From positions 5,397-69,396 of the forward strand of contig QHSB01000233.1 of the NCBI GenBank assembly GCA_003220335.1: 64,000 nt of DNA. Reading direction: 5' to 3'. Positions within the stretch are counted from its first letter, which is position 1, and each line of letters starts with the position of its first letter. The position numbers and the translations under genes were made by a program. The notes under the pieces are model-generated. The model was not told the origin of the DNA. It did not search any database and saw only the letters and a program-made list of their open reading frames with translations. The stretch comes from Candidatus Rokuibacteriota bacterium. GTDB lineage: Bacteria; Methylomirabilota; Methylomirabilia; Rokubacteriales; CSP1-6. This document shows, piece by piece, positions 30,308-39,227 of the stretch.

Positions 30308-31049
30308 CGTCTACGACACGATCGGCCGCGGCTACGACGCCCATCGGCGGCCCGACCCCCGCATTGCCGCCGCCATCGCGGACGCGCTCGGCGCGGCAGC
30401 GAGCGTCGTGAACGTCGGCGCCGGCGCCGGCTCGTACGAGCCGGCGGATCGTCCGGTGGTGGCCGTCGAGCCGTCACCCGCGATGCTCCGCCAGCGCCGG
30501 CCGGGCGCGGCGCCGGCCGTGCAGGCCTCCGCCACCGATCTGCCGTTCCGCGATGCGGCATTCGGCGCCGCCCTCGCCGTGCTCACCGTGCACCACTGGC
30601 CCGATCGCGCGCGCGGGCTCGGCGAGCTGGCGCGCGTCACGCGCGAGCGCGTGGTGATCCTCACGTGGGACCCGGCGGCGGTGTCCCGGTTCTGGCTGAT
30701 CGACGATTACTTCCCGGAGCTGATGACGCTCGATCGCGACATCTTCCCGACGCTCGAGGAGCTGCGGCGGGCGCTCGGCCGCATCGAGGTGCGGCCGGTC
30801 CTCGTGCCCCACGACTGCGTCGACGGGTTTCTCGGCGCGTACTGGCGGCGGCCGCAGGCGTATCTCGACGCCGGCGTGCGCGGCGCGATCTCGACGTTCA
30901 CCAAGCTCGCCGACGCGGAGCCCGGGCTGGCGCGTCTGCGCGCCGATCTCGCCGACGGCACGTGGGAGCGGCGCCACGGTCACCTGCGCGCGCGCGATGC
31001 CATCGATCTCGGCTATCGCCTCGTCGTCGCCGAGCACCTCGGCGCGTGA
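30282..31049 (+). CDS. Class I SAM-dependent methyltransferase
   Basis: VVNVGAGAGSYE is motif I. 255 aa. The only in-frame start is the GTG at 30282, which lies inside the repeat module. Confidence 0.75.
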   Translation: MGGHLGAPHVYDTIGRGYDAHRRPDPRIAAAIADALGAAASVVNVGAGAGSYEPADRPVVAVEPSPAMLRQRRPGAAPAVQASATDLPFRDAAFGAALAVLTVHHWPDRARGLGELARVTRERVVILTWDPAAVSRFWLIDDYFPELMTLDRDIFPTLEELRRALGRIEVRPVLVPHDCVDGFLGAYWRRPQAYLDAGVRGAISTFTKLADAEPGLARLRADLADGTWERRHGHLRARDAIDLGYRLVVAEHLGA

Positions 31050-31924
31050 CGGCGCCGCTACACTGGGCCGTGGGCGATGCCACGCGAATCCAGTGGACGC
31101 GATATCGCAGCGCGGGGACCGAAGTCGGCACGCCCGACCCCGAGCGCTGGGCGCCGCTGGGCTTTCCGGCGCCGCCGCCCGACCGGCCCTGGATCTTCGG
31201 TGTGGTCGTGGTCTCCGCCAACGGCGTGGTGGCGTGGCGCCGGCGCGACGCGCGCGACGACCCGGTGCGCGAGATCCTCGGCGACGAGACGCGGCTGGAC
31301 CGTCGCGCCGACCGGCGGCTCATGCGCTATCTGCGCACCATCGGCGACGTCGGCATCGGCGCCCAGACGGTGCGCGAGCAGCCGACCCTCATCCTCAGCC
31401 CCCAAGAACCGGGCGACGAGCGCGCGCCCGAGCTCTACGCGTTTCGCGTCGCGCGCGGGCTGTCCCATCATCCGCGCAACATCATCTATTCGCTCTACGG
31501 CCGCGTGCCGCCGCAGCATCCGATGCTCACCACGCCGGGGCTCTCGACGATCATCCTCACCACGCCGGCGGGACGCGCGGAGCTCGCCCGGCGGGGGATC
31601 CGGGACACGGCCGTGATCGTGGAGCCGTTGCTCGAGTCCGGCGGGCTGGCGCGCGCGCACACGCGGCTGCGCGCCGAGCACGGCGTGCGCTACATCGCCT
31701 GCGAAGGAGGCCAGACGCTCTTCGGCGCCCTCCGCGCGGCGCGGCTGCTCGACGAGGTGTTCCTGACGACGACCGACGTGGTCGTGGACCGCGCCGCCCA
31801 CGAGGGCGTGCTCACGACGTTCGACTTCGCGGCGGAGGGGGCGACGCTGGTGGCGGAGGGACGGCTCGAGCCGGCCGGCGTCTACACGTTCAAGCGCTGG
31901 CGGTTCGGCGGGACGCGGCGCTGA
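31046..31924 (+). CDS. RibD C-terminal (dihydrofolate/pyrimidine reductase-like) domain protein
   Basis: GTG overlaps the upstream stop as GTGA. VVVSANGVVAW......IACEGGQTLFGALRAARLLDEVFLT matches RibD_C family features. Confidence 0.6.
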   Translation: MTAPLHWAVGDATRIQWTRYRSAGTEVGTPDPERWAPLGFPAPPPDRPWIFGVVVVSANGVVAWRRRDARDDPVREILGDETRLDRRADRRLMRYLRTIGDVGIGAQTVREQPTLILSPQEPGDERAPELYAFRVARGLSHHPRNIIYSLYGRVPPQHPMLTTPGLSTIILTTPAGRAELARRGIRDTAVIVEPLLESGGLARAHTRLRAEHGVRYIACEGGQTLFGALRAARLLDEVFLTTTDVVVDRAAHEGVLTTFDFAAEGATLVAEGRLEPAGVYTFKRWRFGGTRR

Positions 31925-31927
31925 CGC

Positions 31928-32218
31928 TCAGTCCCCGCGGCCCGCGAGCTGCAGACCGAGCTCGCTCAGGCGCGCGCACGCCTCGCCGCGCAGGTCGGCC
32001 GGCGTCAGCAGCCGGCCGTCGCTGAGCGCCTCCTTGAGCCGGTACGTGCAGGCGATCTCGCGCCAGAGGCGCGCCTCGTTGCGCTGCTGGTACCCCCAGG
32101 CGAGCGGGAGCACGAGCAGCGCCAGTAGCGCGGCGACGGCGAGCGCCTTCAGGGCCGCCTCGACCCCGGGGCGGAACACCTTGAACCCGGTGACCCGCGC
32201 GTTCGTTTCCTCGAGCAT
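31928..32218 (-). CDS. Small single-TM hypothetical protein
   Basis: ATG at 32218. 96 aa. ALKALAVAALLALLVLPLAW is a TM helix. Confidence 0.45.
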   Translation of the reverse strand: MLEETNARVTGFKVFRPGVEAALKALAVAALLALLVLPLAWGYQQRNEARLWREIACTYRLKEALSDGRLLTPADLRGEACARLSELGLQLAGRGD

Positions 32219-32268
32219 CGACGTGAGATGGAGCAAGGCCGGAATTAAACGCCACCCGGCGACCGGAG

Positions 32269-33903
32269 TCAAGGCCCCGGCCGGCGAAAGCGGCGGATCA
32301 GCGCGTTCGTCGAGGAATCGTGCGTCAGCCGCGGCTCGGCGGGCGCCGTCAGCTCCGGCGTGATGCGGTTGGCCAGCGCCTTGCCGAGCTCCACGCCCCA
32401 CTGGTCGAAGGAGTTGAGGCGCCAGATCGTGCCCTGCACGAAGACCTTGTGCTCGTAGAGCGCGACGAGCGCGCCGAGCACGGCCGGCGTGAGCCGCTGG
32501 GCGAGGATCGTGCTGGAAGGGCGGTTGCCCGGAAACGTTCGGTGCGGCACCTGCAGCGCCGGCACGCCCTCGGCGGCGACCTCCTCCGCCGTCTTGCCGA
32601 AGGCGAGCGCCTCCGTCTGCGCGAAGAGGTTCGCCACGAGCAGGGGATGGTGCTCGCCGACCTCGTCGAGCGGGCGCAGGAAGCCGATGAAGTCGCACGG
32701 GATCAGCTTCGTGCCCTGGTGGATGAGCTGGTAGAAGGCGTGCTGGCCGTTCGTGCCCGGCTGACCCCAGACGATCGGGCCCGTCTGATAGTCGACCGCG
32801 CGCCCCTCGAGGTCGACGCGCTTGCCGTTGGACTCCATGTCGAGCTGCTGCAGATACGCGGAGAAGCGGGCGAGATAGTGGCTGTACGGCAGGATCGCCA
32901 GCGTCTCGGCCCCGAAGAAATCGTCGTACCAGATGCCGAGCAGCGCCAGCAGGACGGGCAGGTTCCGCTCGAACGGCGCGCCGCGGAAGTGCTCGTCCAT
33001 CGCGTGCGCGCCGGCGAGGAGCTCGCGGAACCGCTCGGGGCCGATGGCGACCATCAGCGAGAGCCCGATGGCCGACCAGAGCGAGTAGCGCCCGCCGACC
33101 CAGTCCCAGAACGGGAACATGTTCGCGGGATCGATCCCGAACTTGCGCACCTCGGCCTCGGCCGTGGAGACGGCGACGAAGTGCTTGGTCACCGCGCGCT
33201 CCTCGCCGAGCGCCCGCACGCACCAGCGGCGCGCCGTGTGCGCGTTCGTCAGCGTCTCGAGCGTCGTGAACGTCTTCGAGGCGACGACGAAGAGCGTCTC
33301 GGCCGGATCGAGGTCGCGCGTCGACTCCACGAAGTCCGCGCCGTCCACGTTGGACACGAAGCGCAGCGTGAGCCGCCGGTCCGCGTACCAGCGCAGCGCC
33401 TCGGTGGCCATGGCGGGCCCGAGGTCGGAGCCGCCGATCCCGAGGTTGACGACGTTGCGGATGGCGCGCCCGGTGAAGCCCGTCCACGCGCCGCTGCGCA
33501 CGCGGCCGGCGAAGTCCGCCATGCGATCGAGCACGGCATGGACGCGCGGCACGACGTCCTCGCCGTCCACGACGATGCGCGCGCCGCGGGGGGCGCGCAG
33601 CGCGACGTGCAGGACGGCCCGACCCTCGGTGACGTTGAGCTTCTCGCCGGCGAACATCGCCTCGATGCGCGCGCGCAGGCCGGAGGCTCGGGCCAGGTCG
33701 AGCAACAGCCCGAGCGTCTCGTCGGTGACCCGCTGCTTGGAATAATCGAGATAGAGGCCGGCCGCCTCGGCCACCAGGCGCTCACCACGCCCGGGATCGC
33801 GCGCGAAGAGCTCGCGCAGGTGGACGCCGCGGAGCGACGCGTGATGGGCGCCGAGCGCCTTGAACGCAGGGAGGCTCGTGAGCGGCGTCGTCCCGCCCGT
33901 CAA
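32269..33903 (-). CDS. pgi: Glucose-6-phosphate isomerase
   Basis: Full-length PGI motifs: [28 protein letters not shown]. The likely TTG start at 33903 overlaps the rpiA stop as TTGA. Confidence 0.9.
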   Translation of the reverse strand: MTGGTTPLTSLPAFKALGAHHASLRGVHLRELFARDPGRGERLVAEAAGLYLDYSKQRVTDETLGLLLDLARASGLRARIEAMFAGEKLNVTEGRAVLHVALRAPRGARIVVDGEDVVPRVHAVLDRMADFAGRVRSGAWTGFTGRAIRNVVNLGIGGSDLGPAMATEALRWYADRRLTLRFVSNVDGADFVESTRDLDPAETLFVVASKTFTTLETLTNAHTARRWCVRALGEERAVTKHFVAVSTAEAEVRKFGIDPANMFPFWDWVGGRYSLWSAIGLSLMVAIGPERFRELLAGAHAMDEHFRGAPFERNLPVLLALLGIWYDDFFGAETLAILPYSHYLARFSAYLQQLDMESNGKRVDLEGRAVDYQTGPIVWGQPGTNGQHAFYQLIHQGTKLIPCDFIGFLRPLDEVGEHHPLLVANLFAQTEALAFGKTAEEVAAEGVPALQVPHRTFPGNRPSSTILAQRLTPAVLGALVALYEHKVFVQGTIWRLNSFDQWGVELGKALANRITPELTAPAEPRLTHDSSTNALIRRFRRPGP

Positions 33904-34498
33904 TTGAGGCCTGTCGGCCGCAGCGTGCGAAGGCGCGCGCCATCCCACACGAGCACCGTCGGATGCATTCCGAGGAACAGCCCGGTGCCCACCAGGCCGG
34001 GGATCGCGCGCAGGGCCGCCTCGAGTCCGGGAGGATCGGCGATCGGCCCCACGCGGCAATCCAGGAGCAGGTTGCCGTTGTCGGTCACCACCGGCCGGCC
34101 CTCGCTGGCGCGGAGCGTGGGGGGATAGCCCAGCGCCTCCACGCGCCGCCGGCACGGCGCGGCGGCGAACCGCGCAGGAGCGCGCCGCCGTAGCCCTTGA
34201 TCAGGTCGGCGCGCGGATCGATCTCGTCCGCACCGTCGACCGCGACGTCGATCGTCTCGACATCGTCGGGCGACAGGAGCTTGATGCCGAGGCCGCGCGC
34301 CAGCGCCGCCGTCGCCTCGGAGGTCGGCACGCCGCGCACGTCGAGGCCGGCCGCGACACGCGCACCGAGCGCGCGAACGAACGCGGTGGCCGCGTGACCC
34401 GTGCCGAGGCCGACGACCTGGCCGCTCGCGACGTGACGCAGGGCCTCGGCGGCCAGCGCCGCGGCGCCGTCGTCGGTGAGGGTGAGGCGCTCGGACAT
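33900..34498 (-). pseudogene. rpiA: Ribose-5-phosphate isomerase A with an internal deletion and frameshift
   Basis: The N-terminal frame is MSERL...VVGLGTGHAATAFV...VDGADEID...[11 protein letters not shown]. The C-terminal frame is [37 protein letters not shown]...[10 protein letters not shown]. The segment that normally joins them is absent and the two parts are out of frame near 34165. Confidence 0.65.
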
Positions 34499-34558
34499 GC
34501 GGCGACAGCATCGCTCAGGCGCGGGCCGCCGTCCAGCGCGCGCGCTAGAATTCGCCGC

Positions 34559-35536
34559 GTGAGCCCGGACGCGCCGGATCCGATCGAGGAGCTCTTCGCG
34601 CGCGGTGTGACCGACGGTCTGCCCGTGGTGCCGCCGACGGCGGAGCGCGTGCGGGCGGCGGTGGCGGCGAGCGGCCGCCGCGGCGACGAGCTGATCGGCC
34701 TCGTGGCGCCGGCCCACGGCCGCGCCACCGTCGAGCGCATCGCCGTGAACGCCGTGATGGCCGGCTGCCGTCCGGAATATCTCCCCGTGGTCATCGCGGC
34801 CGTGAGCGCGATCTGCGATCCCGACTTCGCGCTCGTCGGCGTCTCGGGCACCACCGACGCCGTCACCCCGCTCGTCATCGTCAACGGACCGGTGCGGCGC
34901 GCGCTCGAGGTGAACTGCGCGGCGTCGGTGTTCGGGGCGGGCTTCCGCGCCAACGCCACCATCGGCCGTGCCGTGCGTCTGGTGTGGGTGAACGTCGGCG
35001 GCGCGCGGCCCGGCGTCATCAGCATGTCGACCTTCGGCCAGCCGGGCCGGTATTCCTACTGCATCGGCGAGCACGAGGAGGCGAGCCCCTGGGAGCCACT
35101 CTCCGTCGAGCACGGCTTTGCCGCCGCCGACAGCACGGTGGCGGTCCTGGCCGCCGAGGCGCCGCAGATCGTCGTCAACGCCGCCGGACGCACGGCGCGC
35201 GATATCCTCTCGACCGTGGCGCGCGCGGGCATGGTCATCGCGAGCCCCGACGTGGCGCCGCTCGGCGACACGCTGCTCGTGATCGGGCCCGAGCACGCCA
35301 CGACGATCGCGGCCGATGGCTGGTCGAAGGCGGACGTGCGGCGCTTCGTCTGGGAGCAGTGCCAGGTCACCGTCGAGGGCGCGCGGGCGCCAAAGTTCAA
35401 GGAGCCCGCGCGCCTGCACGTCGTCGTGGCCGGCGGCACCGCGGGCCGCTTCTCGGCGTGGGTGCCGGGCTGGCCGTTCCGCGGCGCGCCCTCGCGTTTG
35501 GTGCTCAGGGGCGTGGCGGTGCCCGGGCTACAATAG
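34559..35536 (+). CDS. Conserved-looking hypothetical protein
   Basis: GTG at 34559. 325 aa with ordinary amino-acid composition (GVTDGLPVVPPT..., AVNAVMAGCRPEYLPV...). I cannot name a family. Confidence 0.55.
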   Translation: MSPDAPDPIEELFARGVTDGLPVVPPTAERVRAAVAASGRRGDELIGLVAPAHGRATVERIAVNAVMAGCRPEYLPVVIAAVSAICDPDFALVGVSGTTDAVTPLVIVNGPVRRALEVNCAASVFGAGFRANATIGRAVRLVWVNVGGARPGVISMSTFGQPGRYSYCIGEHEEASPWEPLSVEHGFAAADSTVAVLAAEAPQIVVNAAGRTARDILSTVARAGMVIASPDVAPLGDTLLVIGPEHATTIAADGWSKADVRRFVWEQCQVTVEGARAPKFKEPARLHVVVAGGTAGRFSAWVPGWPFRGAPSRLVLRGVAVPGLQ

Positions 35537-35541
35537 GTAGC

Positions 35542-37635
35542 GTGACGGCCGCCCGCGATGCCACCTTCCGGCTTCTCTTCGAGCACAACCCGTTGCCGAT
35601 GTGGGTGTACGACATCGCCACCCTGATCTTCCTCGAGGTGAACGCCGCCGCCGTCGAGCACTACGGCTACGCGCGCGACGAATTTCTGACGATGAAGGTC
35701 TCGGACCTCTTCCTGCCCGAGGAGGAGGCGCGCATGCGCGAGGCGGTGGCCCGCATGCCGCAGGCCGCCGCCTCCGCCATCCGGCACTACGACGCGACGT
35801 GGAAGCATCGGTGCAAGAACGGCCGCGTCATCGACGTCGACATCGTCGCGCAGGATCTGTCCTTCGGCGGCCGGCGCGCGGCCCTCGTCGTCGCCCACGA
35901 CGTCACGAGCCTGAAGGCCGCCCAGACCTCGCTGGCCCGGTCCAGCAAGCGCCTGAGCGTGCTGCACGAGATCGACCGCGGCATGATCGCGGCGGAGGCG
36001 CCGGTGGCCATCGCGGAGGCGGCGCTGCGGCCGCTGCGCGACCTGCTCGACGTGCCGCGCGCGATCGTGAACCTCTTCGATCTCGAGGCGGGCGAGGTGG
36101 AGTGGCTGGCCGCCATCGGCCGCCGCCGCGTGCGCCTGGGTCCCGGCGTGCGCTACCCGCTGAAGCTCATGGGCGACCTGGAGGCGCTGCGGCGCGGCGA
36201 GACGCAGGTGGTCGACGTGGACGCGATGGCCGATGGCCCCGAGACGACGGCGCTGCTCACCTCCGGCGTCCACGTGTACATGGTCGTCCCCATGCTTGCG
36301 CGGGGCGAGCTCATCGGCGCGCTCTCCTTCGGCGGCGCGCGCGGGCAGTTCTCCGACGAGCAGGTGGAGATCGCGCGCGAGGCGGCGGCGCAGCTGGCCA
36401 TCGCCATCACGCAGGCCCGGCTCGCCGAGGCCGTGAAGCGGCATTCCGAGCAGCTCGAGCAGCGCGTGCGCGAGCGGACCCACGAGCTGGCGGAGGCCAA
36501 GGCGGAGGCGGACCGCGCCAACCGCGCGAAGAGCGATTTCCTCTCCCGCATGAGCCACGAGCTGCGCACGCCCCTCAACGCGATCCTCGGCTTCGGGCAA
36601 TTGCTCCAGATGCAGGCCGACGGCGGCCACGACCGCGAGAGCGTGGAGCAGATCCTCAAGGGCGGCCGGCACCTCCTGGAGCTGATCAACGAGGTCCTCG
36701 ACATCTCGCGCATCGAGGCGGGGCGGCTGGCGCTCTCGCAGGAGCCGGTGCAGATCGGCGAGGCGGTCACCCGCGTCATCGATCTCGCGCGTCCGCTCGC
36801 CGCCGAGCGGCGCATCCGTGTCCAGATCGTCGGCGCCGCCCTCCACCCCCGATACGTGCTGGCCGACACCCAGCGCCTGCAGCAGGTGCTGCTGAACCTG
36901 GTCTCCAACGGCATCAAGTACAACCGCGACGGCGGACGCCTGGTCGTCGGCTGCCACGAGGCCGCCACCGGCCGGATCCGGCTCACCGTCGCCGACACCG
37001 GCGCGGGCATTCCCGCCGAGCGGCGCGCGCGGCTCTTCACGCCGTTCGATCGTCTCGGCGCCGAGACGAGTCCCGTCGAGGGCACCGGGCTCGGGCTCGC
37101 GCTGTCCCGCCGGCTCGTGGAGGCGATGGGCGGGACGATCGGCCTCGACGACGCCGAGGCCGGCGGCAGTCTCTTCTGGATCGAGCTGGCCGAGACCACG
37201 TCGCCCGACGCGCGCGCCGGCCTCGCCACCGCGCCGCCCCCAGTCGCAGAGGGCCGGCGGCTCCGGGGCACGATCCTCTACGTCGAGGACAACCCCTCGA
37301 ACCTGCGTCTGGTCGAGCGCGTCCTGGCCGAGCAGACGGCGGTCCGTTTCATCCCGGCCATGCAGGGGCGGCTCGGTCTGTCGCTGGCCCGCGAGCATCG
37401 GCCGGACCTGATCCTCGTCGACCTGCACCTGCCCGACATCTCGGGCGAGGACGTGCTGCGCGAGGTCAAGGACGATCCGGTGCTCGCGCGCACGCCCGTC
37501 ATCGTCCTCAGCGCCGACGCCACGCCGGGCCAGGTTCGCCGCCTGGTCGCGGCGGGCGCGCGCGCCTACCTCACCAAGCCGCTCGACGTCCGAGAGCTCC
37601 TCACGCACATCGACGGCGCGCTGCCCGCGCCATGA
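35542..37635 (+). CDS. Hybrid sensor histidine kinase (PAS, GAF, HisKA, HATPase_c, REC), cytoplasmic
   Basis: GTG at 35542. FEHNPLPMWVYD...EVNAAAVEHYGY is PAS-like, followed by a GAF-like segment. [18 protein letters not shown] is the H-box. The C-terminal REC has YVEDNPSNLRL...DLHLPDISG...KPLD. Confidence 0.85.
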   Translation: MTAARDATFRLLFEHNPLPMWVYDIATLIFLEVNAAAVEHYGYARDEFLTMKVSDLFLPEEEARMREAVARMPQAAASAIRHYDATWKHRCKNGRVIDVDIVAQDLSFGGRRAALVVAHDVTSLKAAQTSLARSSKRLSVLHEIDRGMIAAEAPVAIAEAALRPLRDLLDVPRAIVNLFDLEAGEVEWLAAIGRRRVRLGPGVRYPLKLMGDLEALRRGETQVVDVDAMADGPETTALLTSGVHVYMVVPMLARGELIGALSFGGARGQFSDEQVEIAREAAAQLAIAITQARLAEAVKRHSEQLEQRVRERTHELAEAKAEADRANRAKSDFLSRMSHELRTPLNAILGFGQLLQMQADGGHDRESVEQILKGGRHLLELINEVLDISRIEAGRLALSQEPVQIGEAVTRVIDLARPLAAERRIRVQIVGAALHPRYVLADTQRLQQVLLNLVSNGIKYNRDGGRLVVGCHEAATGRIRLTVADTGAGIPAERRARLFTPFDRLGAETSPVEGTGLGLALSRRLVEAMGGTIGLDDAEAGGSLFWIELAETTSPDARAGLATAPPPVAEGRRLRGTILYVEDNPSNLRLVERVLAEQTAVRFIPAMQGRLGLSLAREHRPDLILVDLHLPDISGEDVLREVKDDPVLARTPVIVLSADATPGQVRRLVAAGARAYLTKPLDVRELLTHIDGALPAP

Positions 37636-39206
37636 CGGCGCTCGATTCCGCTGACGCGAAGATCCTGATCGTCGACGACGAGCGGACGAACGTGTTGCTG
37701 CTCGAGCGGCTGCTGCAGCACGCGGGCTACCGGCGGCTGGCCAGCACGACCGACTCGCGGACGGTGCTCGGGCTCTATCGCAGCCTGCAGCCCGATCTGA
37801 TCCTGCTCGACCTCATGATGCCGCACGTCGACGGCCTCGCGGTGCTGGCCCAGCTGCGGGCCGAGATCCCCGAGACCGCCTACGTGCCGGTCCTCGTGCT
37901 CACGGCCGACGTGACGCTCGAGGCGCGGAGGAAGGCGCTCGCCGCGGGCGCCCACGATTTCCTCACCAAGCCGTTCGAGACGTTCGAGGCGCTGCTCCGC
38001 ATCAGCAATCTGCTGGCCACCCGTCGGCTCTACCTCGCCCTCGAGGAGCACAACCGCGCGCTGGAAGAGACGGTCAGGCAGCGGACGGAGCGGCTGCTCC
38101 AGAGCGAGAAGGTCGCGACCATGGGCTCACTGCTGGCCGGCGTCGCCCACGAGCTGAACAATCCGCTCACGGTGCTGAGCGCGCAAGCGCAGCTGCTGGG
38201 CGAGACGCAGGATCCGGCGCTCACGGCCCGCGCGGCGAAGATCCGCCAGGCGGCCGAGCGCTGCGTACGCATCGTCCGCAATTTCCTGGCCTTCGCACGC
38301 CAGCGCGCGCCGGAGCGGAGCCCGACGCTGCTGGGCGACGTCGTACGGGGCACCCTCGAGCTGCTGGCCTACGAGCTGCGGGTGGACGGCGTCGAGGTCA
38401 CCGTCGACCTCGCGCCCGACCTACCGGTGCTGTGGGTCGATCCCCACCAGCTGCACCAGGTGCTGGTCAACCTCGTGGCCAACGCGCACCACGCTCTGCG
38501 CCGCCATCCCCCTCCGCGCCGTGTGGCCGTGGTGGCGCGCCACGACGCCGCGCGCGGGCGCGTGCGCCTGGAGATCGCCGACATCGGGCCCGGCATCCCC
38601 GCCGACGTCCGCGCCAAGATCTTCGAGCCGTTCTTCACGACCAAGCCGGTGGGCGAGGGGACGGGGCTCGGCCTCTCGCTGTGCCGCGACATCGTCACGG
38701 ACCATCACGGCACGATCGAGGTGGACAGCGAGCCCGGCCGCGGCACGAGGTTCGTCATCGAGCTGCCGGTCGAGACGGCGCCGCCCGCACCCGCGACGTC
38801 TGCCGCCGCCGCGCCGCCCGCGGCCCGTCCCGGCCGCGTGCTGATCGTGGACGACGAGCCCGCGGTGGCCGAGGCGCTTTCCGAGGCGATCCGGCGCGAG
38901 GGCCACGAGGTCGACATCGCCGGCAACGGCGCCGAGGCCCTCGACCGCCTCGCCGCGCGGCCCTACGACCTCATCGTGTCCGACACGAAGATGCCGGTGC
39001 TCGACGGCGAGTCGTTCTATCGCGAGCTCGCGAAGCGGCAGCCGGCGCTGCGCGAGCGCATCGTGTTTCTCACCGGCGACGTCCTCGGCCGTGAGAAGCG
39101 CGAGTTCCTCGAGGGGACGGGGGCGCCCTTTCTGACGAAGCCCTGCGATCTCGACGAGCTGCGGCGCGTGATCGCCCGCCTGCTCGCATCGCCTCCGCGC
39201 GCATAG
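37632..39206 (+). CDS. REC-HisKA-HATPase_c-REC hybrid kinase/response regulator (paralogue of 20118..21704)
   Basis: The ATG overlaps the upstream stop as ATGA. It shares [28 protein letters not shown] and [16 protein letters not shown] with 20118..21704. Confidence 0.85.
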   Translation: MTALDSADAKILIVDDERTNVLLLERLLQHAGYRRLASTTDSRTVLGLYRSLQPDLILLDLMMPHVDGLAVLAQLRAEIPETAYVPVLVLTADVTLEARRKALAAGAHDFLTKPFETFEALLRISNLLATRRLYLALEEHNRALEETVRQRTERLLQSEKVATMGSLLAGVAHELNNPLTVLSAQAQLLGETQDPALTARAAKIRQAAERCVRIVRNFLAFARQRAPERSPTLLGDVVRGTLELLAYELRVDGVEVTVDLAPDLPVLWVDPHQLHQVLVNLVANAHHALRRHPPPRRVAVVARHDAARGRVRLEIADIGPGIPADVRAKIFEPFFTTKPVGEGTGLGLSLCRDIVTDHHGTIEVDSEPGRGTRFVIELPVETAPPAPATSAAAAPPAARPGRVLIVDDEPAVAEALSEAIRREGHEVDIAGNGAEALDRLAARPYDLIVSDTKMPVLDGESFYRELAKRQPALRERIVFLTGDVLGREKREFLEGTGAPFLTKPCDLDELRRVIARLLASPPRA

Positions 39207-39227
39207 CCGCGCGTCTCGGAGAGGCTC

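Noticed and set aside
30096-30344. Minus-strand ORFs reading through the repeat loci (for example 30096..30344, 49197..49448, the N-terminal part of 57955..58614), which share GPEMAPHTPP-like peptides.
   Set aside because: The shared peptide is simply the translation of the repeated DNA (…TGGGGGGCCAT… read in reverse). There is no RBS, and the ORFs run antisense into neighbouring real genes.
35056-39206. 850-aa minus-strand ORF, and the N-terminal 677 codons of the 1201-aa plus-strand ORF 35601..39206.
   Set aside because: Only the part from the ATG at 37632 matches a real REC-HK-REC protein. The rest is an out-of-frame shadow of the PAS-GAF kinase.
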